Part shown: positions 53,667-61,495 of the stretch, piece by piece
How positions within the stretch are numbered: position 1 is the stretch's first letter
Layout of the letters: each line of letters begins with the position of its first letter
From: an uncultured Actinomycetota bacterium
GTDB lineage: Bacteria > Actinomycetota > Actinomycetes > Propionibacteriales > Nocardioidaceae
Assembly: GCA_963707685.1 (NCBI GenBank)
Contig: CAVPRA010000008.1
Span: forward strand, 74,963-138,962
Reading direction: 5' to 3'
DNA length: 64,000 nucleotides
Translations under genes and position numbers: made by a program
Notes under the pieces: model-generated
The model's database searches: none
What the model was told of the DNA's origin: nothing
Seen by the model: only the letters and a program-made list of their open reading frames with translations

Positions 53667-56072
53667 ATGGGGCCGTCCGAGGAGCGTCTGAGCCGTGATC
53701 CCGCCCGGGCCGCGCTCGGAGCGCTCGCGGACCGACGCACGTCCACGGTCTTCCTGGTGGGCCCGCCCGGCAGCGGGAAGTCGTTCGTGTTCAACCGGCT
53801 CGAGTCCGAGCTGGGCGCCCGGCAGCGTGCGGACCCGGCGCCGGTGTTCCTCCGGCCCACGAACGGCACCCGCGACGTGGCGCTCGGCCGGCTGCTGGTC
53901 CCGGCGGAGACGACCCAGCAGGCGCTGTCGGCCCCGGCGAACGGCGCTGCGGAGCCGCGCCTGTTGGCGATCGACGACATCGACCTCCTGGACGCGTCCT
54001 CGATGTCGCTGCTCGCCCAGTCGCTGGACCGCCGCCGGTTCCGGCTGGTGGCGACGGTGCGGTCCCGGGAGGCGCCGGCGGTGTTCCGGACGCTGCGCGC
54101 GGTCGGGCGGTCCGCGATCGTGCACGTCGAGCCGTGGCACGACGAGGAGCTCGACCGGTTCGTCGCCGAGTCCCTCGGGGACCGGATGCACCCGCTCACG
54201 GTCCGGCGGCTCCTCGACTTCACGGGCGGCAACGCGCTGTGCCTCACCGAGCTCGTCGAGCTGGGCTCGTACGACGGGCACCTGCGTCGCGAGCACGACG
54301 TCTGGACGTGGCACGGCGACCTGTTCGTCCCCCCGCTCACCGAGGCCCGGGTCAGCGGGGAGCTGGAGCGCGTCGGCGAGGAGTGCCGGGCGGTGCTCAC
54401 GACGTCCGCCCTCGTCGGCCAGGTGCCGCTCGAGGTCCTGGAGGAGCTGCACGGGATCGCCGCCGTGGAGGCCGCCGACACCACCGGCCTGCTGCTCCTG
54501 GAGGCGACGGGAGGCCACCTGCAGGCCCGGCCCCGCAGCGCCGTGCAGGGCCGGGTGCTCGCCCAGCTGGTGCCGACGACGCGGCGTCGCCGGCTGGCCG
54601 CGGCGCTCCTCGAGGCGCTCGCCGAACCGGCGCTCCCGACGCAGCGGCTCGAGCTCCCCGCCGCCCACCTCGCGGTGGACTGCTCGGTCGCGGTCCCTCC
54701 CGGACTGGCCGTCAGCGCGGCGCAGGAGGCGCTGCGGCGGCACGAGCCCGCCCTCGCCGAGGCGGTGCTCTCGTCACTGCCGGTCGGCGGCGATCACGAA
54801 CGAGCCGACGTGCTCGCGTCCGCCCTGCTGGCCCAGGGCCGGTCCGAGCCGGCCCTCGAGCTGGTCGAGGGCCCGCCCCCGACCGACGAGCCGCTCGTCC
54901 CCCCGACCGGTGGGGGTCTCGACCCGGCGGTGCAGCGGTCGCTGCTCGCGCAGCTGACGTCGCTGATGCGGCTCGGCCGGCCCACGGCGGCGCTCGCGCT
55001 CGCCGACGACGTCGACGCGTGCCGGTTCGAGCCGGTGCAGCGGGTCCACCTGCTGGCGCTGGTCGGGTCGTGCCGGCTGTTCCGGGGCGACCTGCGCGAG
55101 GCCGGCGTCGTGGCGGAGCGGCTGCGCGACCTCGGCCTGGCAGAGGGCTGGTCCTACGCCTACCGGCTGGGTGCGCTCGTCGCGGGCCGGGCCGCGCTGC
55201 TCGCCGCCGAGGCGCCCGCGGCGGAACGGTTCCTGGCGGAGAGCGCGACCTGCGAGCCGGACGCGGGGAGCCGTGCGCTGCTCCCGTTCACCCTCTCCCA
55301 CCTGGGGCTCGCCCGGGCGATGCGAGGCCGGCCACCGGAGCGGGGCGAGGCCCCTGTCGCGACGGGGCCGGGGCCTCGCGCGCTCCACGACCTGGACGCG
55401 CTGGCCCGGGCCGAGGTCCAGCTGCTCACCGGCCTGCGGCACAGCGCGCTCGAGACGGCCGCCGCGGTGGCCGACCGCAGCCAGGCCGACGGACAGGTCC
55501 TGGTCGCGCTCCAGGCCCTGCACCTGTGCGCCCGCATCCGGCCCTCGGCCTCCCTCGCCCGGCGGGTGGCCGAGACGGCCGACCGCGCCGACTTCGACCT
55601 GTCCCGCACGTACGCCGCGCACGCCGAGGCCGCGAGCGGTCGTGACGGCGAGCGGCTCACCCGGGTGGCCGAGGAGTACGACCGGCGAGGGCTCCGGTGG
55701 CTCGCCGCCGAGACGGGCAGCAGCGCACTGGCGGTCGCGCTCGGGCACCCGATGCGCCGCTTCCCGTGGGCGCTCGAGAGCCGACGCCTCGTCGACCGGC
55801 TGCACGCCGCGGGGCAGGTGAGCGTCCCGACGTGGTGGTGGCACGGCAGCGAGCCGTTCGACGCGCTGACCGACCGGGAGCGCGAGATCGTCGAGCTCGC
55901 CGCCGTCGGCTGGTCCTCGCGGCGGCTCGCCGAGCACCTGCAGCTGTCGCAGCGGACCGTCGAGAACCACCTGCAGCACAGCTACCGCAAGCTCGGCATC
56001 ACCCGCCGCCAGCAGCTGGCGGCGGCGCTCGGCCACCCCGGTCCGGCGCCGCCCCCGCCGCACGACCGCTGA
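53667..56072 (+). CDS. Large ATP-binding LuxR-family (LAL/MalT-like STAND) transcriptional regulator
   Basis: Walker A GPPGSGKS, Walker B LLAIDD, GGNAL; C-terminal LTDREREIV...SQRTVENHLQHSYRKLGI HTH. Confidence 0.92.
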   Translation: MGPSEERLSRDPARAALGALADRRTSTVFLVGPPGSGKSFVFNRLESELGARQRADPAPVFLRPTNGTRDVALGRLLVPAETTQQALSAPANGAAEPRLLAIDDIDLLDASSMSLLAQSLDRRRFRLVATVRSREAPAVFRTLRAVGRSAIVHVEPWHDEELDRFVAESLGDRMHPLTVRRLLDFTGGNALCLTELVELGSYDGHLRREHDVWTWHGDLFVPPLTEARVSGELERVGEECRAVLTTSALVGQVPLEVLEELHGIAAVEAADTTGLLLLEATGGHLQARPRSAVQGRVLAQLVPTTRRRRLAAALLEALAEPALPTQRLELPAAHLAVDCSVAVPPGLAVSAAQEALRRHEPALAEAVLSSLPVGGDHERADVLASALLAQGRSEPALELVEGPPPTDEPLVPPTGGGLDPAVQRSLLAQLTSLMRLGRPTAALALADDVDACRFEPVQRVHLLALVGSCRLFRGDLREAGVVAERLRDLGLAEGWSYAYRLGALVAGRAALLAAEAPAAERFLAESATCEPDAGSRALLPFTLSHLGLARAMRGRPPERGEAPVATGPGPRALHDLDALARAEVQLLTGLRHSALETAAAVADRSQADGQVLVALQALHLCARIRPSASLARRVAETADRADFDLSRTYAAHAEAASGRDGERLTRVAEEYDRRGLRWLAAETGSSALAVALGHPMRRFPWALESRRLVDRLHAAGQVSVPTWWWHGSEPFDALTDREREIVELAAVGWSSRRLAEHLQLSQRTVENHLQHSYRKLGITRRQQLAAALGHPGPAPPPPHDR

Positions 56073-56088
56073 GCGGCCCGGCCGCCTC

Positions 56089-57906
56089 CTACCCGCTCGC
56101 GGCCACCGACAGCCCGGCGGCGCTCATCTGCGCACGGAGGACCGCGAGCTGGCGCCGGGTGTCGAGGAACGGCAGCGTCGGGCGGGCCACGAAGAACGGG
56201 CTCACCGGCGGCGTCAGGTCCGCCGCCACCAGCTCGGCCCGGAGCCGGTCCAGCGAGTCGCGGACGGCCGCCGCCTGAGTCGCGGCGTCGGGCTGCGCGG
56301 CCGCGCCCGCGAGACCGAGCGCCTTCCTGGCGTCCGGGAGACCCGCCCCGACCCGGGTGGGGTCGCCGACCGCGAGCGGTCGCGCCGCGGCCTTGAGCAG
56401 GGCGAACAGCCGGTCCACCCGGGCCGCGGTGTGCAGCTGCAGGGCCGGGGTGCGGAAGTCCGGGTGGTGCGCGAGCACGAGCGCCGCGAGGCCGGTCACG
56501 TGCGGCGTGGCCATCGAGGTGCCGTCCCACGCGGCGAAGCCCGCCGGCGGCACCGACGACACGATCGCGACACCCGGACCGCACACGTCCACCTCGGGGC
56601 CGTGGCAGGAGAACTGGGCTGAGAAGAAGCCGCCGTCCTCCGTCCCGCCGGTCCACCGCTGCTGGGCGTGGTAGCTGGAGTCGGGGAACTGCCCCTCCTG
56701 CCCGATGGCGGACACCGTCAGCACGTCGGGCGAGGAGCCGGGGAACTGGACGGCGTCACCGGAGTTCCCGGCCGCCACGATGCAGGCCACGCCCTGCTGC
56801 CGGGCCTGGGCCAGCTTCTGCAGCACGATCTGCGACGAGCCTCCCGTGCCCAGGCTCATGTTCACCACGTCGAGCTGCTGGTCGATGCAGTAGTCGAGGG
56901 CGTCGAGGAGGCTGCTGAGCCGGCCGCCCGGGAAGATCCGCGCCTCGTGCATCTCGGCGGCCGGCGCGAAGCCCCGGACCCCGCTGGCGTCGTCGGCCCC
57001 GGCGATGACGCCGCTGCAGTGCGAGCCGTGCGCGATGGTGTCGGTGCTCCAGGTGACCTCGCTGGCCGGCGTGCTGGTGACGTCGAGCCCCCGCACGATC
57101 GTGCGCAGGTCCGGATGCGTCTGCGCCGCGGCCCCCGAGTCGATCACCCCGACGCGGATCGTGGCGCCGTCGTACTCCGGCGGCACCTGGTCGAGCCCCA
57201 TCGCCTTCTGGCCCCAGCCCAGCAGCTGCCGGCCGGGGAACCCGGCGAAGGTCTGCGACAGCGGCTCGAGCGTCACCGTGTTGACGATGCCGCTGATCAG
57301 GGCCGGCCGGTTGACCCACAGCGACCACAGGTCGCTGAGCGGGTTGACGTAGAGCGCCCGCAGGGTCGCGTCGGTCTCGTTGAGCAGGCTCAGGGTGACG
57401 CGCCCCGAGGCGTCGCTGATGCCCTGCGCCGGGATGCCGCTGCCGTAGAGGTAGACGGTGGCCCCGGCAACCGGCTCGCCGGCGGGTGTGCGCAGGTCGA
57501 TCTGCCACTCGATCGCCGCCCCGAACGGGCTGACGAACGCGGGGCCGTCGACCGCGTCCGGCAGCGGGGCGGGCACCGGCAGCAGCAGGTGGTCCTCCTC
57601 CAGCACCACCTGCGGGTGCTGCTCGAGCTGCGCGGCCTTGGACTCGGGCATCGTCGCGACGACGACCTCGCGCACGACGGCGTCGCCGGCGCGCTGCAGC
57701 GTGAAGTCCCGCGGCGCCAGCACCTTCGCCACCCTGATCTCGGCGTCGGCCTGCATCTGCTCGACGAGCCAGCTGAAGTCGAGCGGCCCGGCGGACGCGA
57801 CGGAGATCTGGTCGTTCTTCGCGACCAGGTAGGTGCGGTTGCGGGTGCCGATCCCGCCGGTCGAGGGGGTCGGAGCGTCCGACGCCCCGGTGGCGGCTTG
57901 CGACAT
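56089..57906 (-). CDS. S8 subtilisin-like serine protease with prodomain and an Ig-like insert; no signal peptide (alternative start GTG 57924)
   Basis: VGVIDSG (Asp), HGSHCSG (His), AAGNSG (Asn), GTSMATPHV (Ser); GAGGAG RBS before ATG 57906. Confidence 0.93.
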   Translation of the reverse strand: MSQAATGASDAPTPSTGGIGTRNRTYLVAKNDQISVASAGPLDFSWLVEQMQADAEIRVAKVLAPRDFTLQRAGDAVVREVVVATMPESKAAQLEQHPQVVLEEDHLLLPVPAPLPDAVDGPAFVSPFGAAIEWQIDLRTPAGEPVAGATVYLYGSGIPAQGISDASGRVTLSLLNETDATLRALYVNPLSDLWSLWVNRPALISGIVNTVTLEPLSQTFAGFPGRQLLGWGQKAMGLDQVPPEYDGATIRVGVIDSGAAAQTHPDLRTIVRGLDVTSTPASEVTWSTDTIAHGSHCSGVIAGADDASGVRGFAPAAEMHEARIFPGGRLSSLLDALDYCIDQQLDVVNMSLGTGGSSQIVLQKLAQARQQGVACIVAAGNSGDAVQFPGSSPDVLTVSAIGQEGQFPDSSYHAQQRWTGGTEDGGFFSAQFSCHGPEVDVCGPGVAIVSSVPPAGFAAWDGTSMATPHVTGLAALVLAHHPDFRTPALQLHTAARVDRLFALLKAAARPLAVGDPTRVGAGLPDARKALGLAGAAAQPDAATQAAAVRDSLDRLRAELVAADLTPPVSPFFVARPTLPFLDTRRQLAVLRAQMSAAGLSVAASG

Positions 57907-57920
57907 GTCAGCTCCTCGGT

Positions 57921-58163
57921 TCACGGGTTGAGCGGGGCGTCCGGCTCGATGAGGATCCGGCCGCCCAGGGCCACCGACAGCGCGTTCGCGCGGTCGGGGT
58001 CGATCTCGACCACCAGCCGCTCCGGGGCGGTCTCCGGGCCCGACACGGACGTGACGGTGGCGTCCGGGTCGGCCACGAAGAGCTCCAGCAGCGGCCGGAG
58101 CAGGTCCGGCGTGCCCGCGACGATGAACGGCTGCACCACCGGCTGGCCGGTGCCGGCCGTCAC
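57921..58163 (-). CDS. 80-aa protein resembling the prodomain of the downstream S8 protease
   Basis: GTG overlaps upstream TGA (GTGA); FIVA...ADPDATV...LVVEIDPDRANAL...ILIEPDAPL pattern. Confidence 0.7.
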   Translation of the reverse strand: MTAGTGQPVVQPFIVAGTPDLLRPLLELFVADPDATVTSVSGPETAPERLVVEIDPDRANALSVALGGRILIEPDAPLNP

Positions 58164-58489
58164 GACGCGGGGATCGACGGGTCGGCCGCCCGGACGGCGT
58201 TGATCCGGCCGATGACCGTGCGCACGCCGGCGTACGGGTCCGCGGCCTGGCCGGTGCGGTACTCCGCGACCGCGGAGCTCATCGCCGGGATCGACGCCGC
58301 GAGGGCGGGGTGCTGCTCCGCGTTCGCGGCGAGGTAGCCGTAGAGCCGCACCAGCAGGTCGCCGACCTTGGCGCGCACCTGCGCGGCCGCCGGGTCCGTG
58401 ACCCCCGCCGTCGGGTCGGTCGTCGCGGGGGCTGCCGACGCGGCACGGAACGTCGGGTCGGCAGCACCCCTGGTCCAGGTGAAGGCCAT
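58160..58489 (-). CDS. 109-aa hypothetical helical protein
   Basis: ATG 8 nt after the precursor stop, AGGA RBS; amphipathic helices. Confidence 0.75.
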   Translation of the reverse strand: MAFTWTRGAADPTFRAASAAPATTDPTAGVTDPAAAQVRAKVGDLLVRLYGYLAANAEQHPALAASIPAMSSAVAEYRTGQAADPYAGVRTVIGRINAVRAADPSIPAS

Positions 58490-58497
58490 GACCGGTC

Positions 58498-59673
58498 CTA
58501 GGCGTGCGACGGGGCGACGACGGTGAACGGCAGCAGGCTGCCGATCGCGGCCGCGACGTCACCCACGGCCTTCCCGGCGTCCTTGTTCCCGAAGAAGCCG
58601 CCGACCGTGCTGCCCAGGGTGCCGCCCCAGGCGTTGAGCAGGCCGCCGAACAGGCCCGCCGGGACGAACAGCATCTGCTCGTTCTGCGGCCGGCCCACGG
58701 CCGGTCCGGCGGACTGCGGCAGCAGCCCCGGCGGCACCGCGTGGAAGGGCAGCATGCTCAGGATCGGGGCGACCCCGCTTCCCACCGCCTGGCCGGCCTT
58801 CTTGTCGCCGAAGACACCGCCGACCTCGCCCCCGATGGTCTCGGCGAAGCTGGAGAGCAGGTTCCCGAAGAACCCGGCGGGCAGCACCACCATCTCCTGC
58901 GCCTTCTCCGTCCCGTCCGGGCCGGTCGACTGCGGCGCGAGCTCCGGCGGAACCGTCTGGAACGGCAGCAGGCCGAGGAACGGCGAGGCGGCCTCCCCGA
59001 TCTTCTGGCCGGTGTCGCCGCCCACCAGGTGGCCGACGGTGCCGGCGACGCCGGAGAGCAGGTCGCCGAAGAACCCGGCCGGGACGACGACCATCGCGTC
59101 GTCCTGGGAGGGGGCGGTCTCGGGGCCGGACGACTGCGGCATCAGCTGCGGCGGCACCACCTGGAAGGGCAGCAGCCCGCCGATCACGCCGCCGACCGTC
59201 GAGCCGATGGAGCCACCGGTGTCGGAGCTGCCGAACAGCCCGCCGATCGCACCGCCCAGCAGGTTGCCGCCGAGCCCGCCGATGATCCCGCCGAGGAAGC
59301 CGGCGGGCACGACGACGAGGGTCTCGTCCGTGCCCTGCGCGGCCTCGGGTCCCGCGGACTGCGGCGCGAGCGTCGGCGGGATCACCTGGAAGGGCAGCAG
59401 CTTGACGAACGGGCTCGCCGCGTCGCCGACCTGCCTGCCGAGGGAGGCGTTGCCGAGCAGGCCGCCGGTGACCTCGCCGATGGTGCCCGAGAGCCCGCCC
59501 AGGAGGTCCCCGAAGAACCCGGCCGGGACGAGCACCAGGGGGCCGTCCTCACCCCGTCGTACCTGCGCGTGGGACGTCACGGGCCGGGTCGTCGGCTCGC
59601 TCGTCGCGGCCGAGCCCGGGCCCGAGGACTGGGCCGGGATTTCCTTCTCGAGGTCGGGAATGCTGGTGGTCAT
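58498..59673 (-). CDS. Multi-repeat Gly-zipper protein, putative multicore peptide precursor
   Basis: Five units VxPA-G[FL][FL]G...LPF separated by 28-29 aa spacers containing PQSxGP; GGGGAG RBS. Confidence 0.85.
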   Translation of the reverse strand: MTTSIPDLEKEIPAQSSGPGSAATSEPTTRPVTSHAQVRRGEDGPLVLVPAGFFGDLLGGLSGTIGEVTGGLLGNASLGRQVGDAASPFVKLLPFQVIPPTLAPQSAGPEAAQGTDETLVVVPAGFLGGIIGGLGGNLLGGAIGGLFGSSDTGGSIGSTVGGVIGGLLPFQVVPPQLMPQSSGPETAPSQDDAMVVVPAGFFGDLLSGVAGTVGHLVGGDTGQKIGEAASPFLGLLPFQTVPPELAPQSTGPDGTEKAQEMVVLPAGFFGNLLSSFAETIGGEVGGVFGDKKAGQAVGSGVAPILSMLPFHAVPPGLLPQSAGPAVGRPQNEQMLFVPAGLFGGLLNAWGGTLGSTVGGFFGNKDAGKAVGDVAAAIGSLLPFTVVAPSHA

Positions 59674-59776
59674 GGCTCTTCTCCCCTGTGGTTGGCGGCC
59701 TGCGTGGTGGGCGGCCGGTCTGGTCGGCGACGCCTGACGGCACCCCGATGCTCCATCCGGGCTCGGCGGGCTGTCT

Positions 59777-59862
59777 TGGGCGACCGGCTACTCAACTTGC
59801 CGGGCGGGGCGAGCGGGTACCGCGTCCGGTCGTCGTCGCAGGTGTGGAGCAGCATCTACTCA
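59777..59862. promoter_or_regulatory. CTACTCA-type sites upstream of the precursor operon
   Basis: TGGGCGA-CCGG-CTACTCA (59777-94); GGAGCAG-CAT-CTACTCA (59846-62); extra half-site GGAGTAG at 60001. Confidence 0.5.
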
Positions 59863-60057
59863 CCCACGAGGGCCGGACGTGGCCCAGCGGCTCCCCGGCC
59901 CCCACCGCGGCGGCCGCCCGGGGCGACGCGGACCTCGCCTACCGGCGGCTTTCGGGACATCCCGGCTGGTCCCTTCGGGCGGAGCATGGCCCGGTCGGGG
60001 GGAGTAGCCCCGGTGGAGACGTCGTAACCCGCCGGTGCCCGGCTCGTTGGCTGGTGC

Positions 60058-60897
60058 ATGACCCGTGCGCTCCGGAACCTTCTCGTCGCCCTGTCCCTGG
60101 TGCTCGCCACGACCGGGCTCGCACTGCTCGTCCCGGGGTCCGCGCAGGCGGCCGACGGTGCGCCGGCGTACCCCACCTGGGGCGTGCCGCCGGCGGGTGC
60201 GAACGACTGGAGCTGCAAGCCGACGGCTGCGCGGCCGGACCCGGCGGTCATCGTGCACGGCACCTTCGGTGACCAGAAGTCGCTGCTCGACAACCTGTCG
60301 CTGGCGCTCAAGCGGGACGGGTTCTGCGTCTACGCGCTCGACTACGGCAACCGCGGCACCGGGCCGATCGAGGACTCCGCCCAGCAGCTGAAGGACTTCG
60401 TGGCCCGGGTGCTGACCGCCACCGGTGCGGCGAAGGTCGAGATGGTCGGCCACTCGCAGGGCGGCCTGATGCCGCGCTACTACATCAAGAACCTCGGCGG
60501 CGACGCCGTGGTCGAGGACCTCGTCGGGCTGGCCCCGTCGAACCACGGCACCACCGTCAACGGCGCGTTCAGCTCCTCGCCGTACTGCACGGCGTGCGAC
60601 CAGCAGAAGGCCGGGTCGCCGTTCCTGCAGGCGCTCAACAACCCCGACGAGACGCCCGGCGACGTCGACTACACCCAGGTCGAGACCCGCTACGACGAGG
60701 TCGTCGTGCCGTACACCTCGGCGTTCCTGGCACCCGGCCCGCAGAGCACCAACATCCTGCTGCAGGACCGCTGCCCGACCGACAGCGCCGAGCACCTGAC
60801 CATCCCGATGGACCAGCAGGCGATCGCCTGGACCCTCGAGGCGTTCCACCACGACGGCCCGGCGAACCCGGCGGCGCCGATCGGCTGCGCCGGCTAG
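60058..60897 (+). CDS. Secreted lipase/esterase (lipase class 2-like)
   Basis: Signal peptide ending AQA; VHGT, GHSQGG, TRYDEVV, EHL. Confidence 0.9.
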   Translation: MTRALRNLLVALSLVLATTGLALLVPGSAQAADGAPAYPTWGVPPAGANDWSCKPTAARPDPAVIVHGTFGDQKSLLDNLSLALKRDGFCVYALDYGNRGTGPIEDSAQQLKDFVARVLTATGAAKVEMVGHSQGGLMPRYYIKNLGGDAVVEDLVGLAPSNHGTTVNGAFSSSPYCTACDQQKAGSPFLQALNNPDETPGDVDYTQVETRYDEVVVPYTSAFLAPGPQSTNILLQDRCPTDSAEHLTIPMDQQAIAWTLEAFHHDGPANPAAPIGCAG

Positions 60898-61484
60898 CGC
60901 ACCCGCACGTGGACGTGGCTCGTCGAGCCCAGCCGGAAGTACCGACGCCAGGCGTCGTACAGCTCGTGCATGTCGCCGGGTGAGAGCTTGACGCAGCCGT
61001 AGGAGCGGTAGTCGTTCCAGGCCGGGTACTCCCAGCGGCACGGCTGGTCGCCGGGACGGTTCGCGCACTGCCGGCTGCCGGCGCCCTGCTCGGTGTGGAT
61101 GAACAGCGCGGTGCGCATAGTGCCGTCGTGGCAGGCCTTCTGGCCGAGGTAGATGGCGCGGCCCTTGATGAGGCTGCCGTGGTAGTCGCGGTAGAGCGTC
61201 GGCCGGTAGCGGCCGTTGGGCAGCCAGCCGTTGTTCCTGCGGCACGCGTCGGTCGAGTGGCGGTTGAAGCCGGAGCCGGCACGCCACCGCTTGTGCACCA
61301 GCGTCGTGCGCTTGCCGCCGGACACCTTGTAGACGTCCCACGTGAGGTGGGAGCGGAACACGTCGGAGTAGTTCTTGTGGAACGTGATGACGGCGTAGCG
61401 GTACGGTGCCGCCTCCGCGTCCGACGGCGCCACGAGGAACCCACACGCCAGTGCGACCAGGGCCAGGGCGAGCCGTGCGCGCAC
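60894..61484 (-). CDS. Secreted L,D-transpeptidase(YkuD)-like protein
   Basis: Signal peptide (AEA); WRAGSG, GWLPNG, FIH...SYGCVKL. Confidence 0.6.
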   Translation of the reverse strand: MRARLALALVALACGFLVAPSDAEAAPYRYAVITFHKNYSDVFRSHLTWDVYKVSGGKRTTLVHKRWRAGSGFNRHSTDACRRNNGWLPNGRYRPTLYRDYHGSLIKGRAIYLGQKACHDGTMRTALFIHTEQGAGSRQCANRPGDQPCRWEYPAWNDYRSYGCVKLSPGDMHELYDAWRRYFRLGSTSHVHVRVR

Positions 61485-61495
61485 AGGGGCTCCGC

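Noticed and set aside
58525-59540. DNA repeats (e.g. GAAGAACCCGGC, GGAAGGGCAGCA) every ~200-225 bp as a possible CRISPR or ncRNA array
   Set aside because: Explained by the peptide repeats of the 391-aa ORF; variation is largely at synonymous positions.
58498-59673. PE_PGRS, collagen-like or lanthipeptide/cyanobactin assignment for the Gly-rich protein
   Set aside because: No PE domain, no Gly-X-Y period, no Cys, and no LanB/C/M, YcaO or PatD-type gene nearby; cores are far longer than cyanobactin cores.
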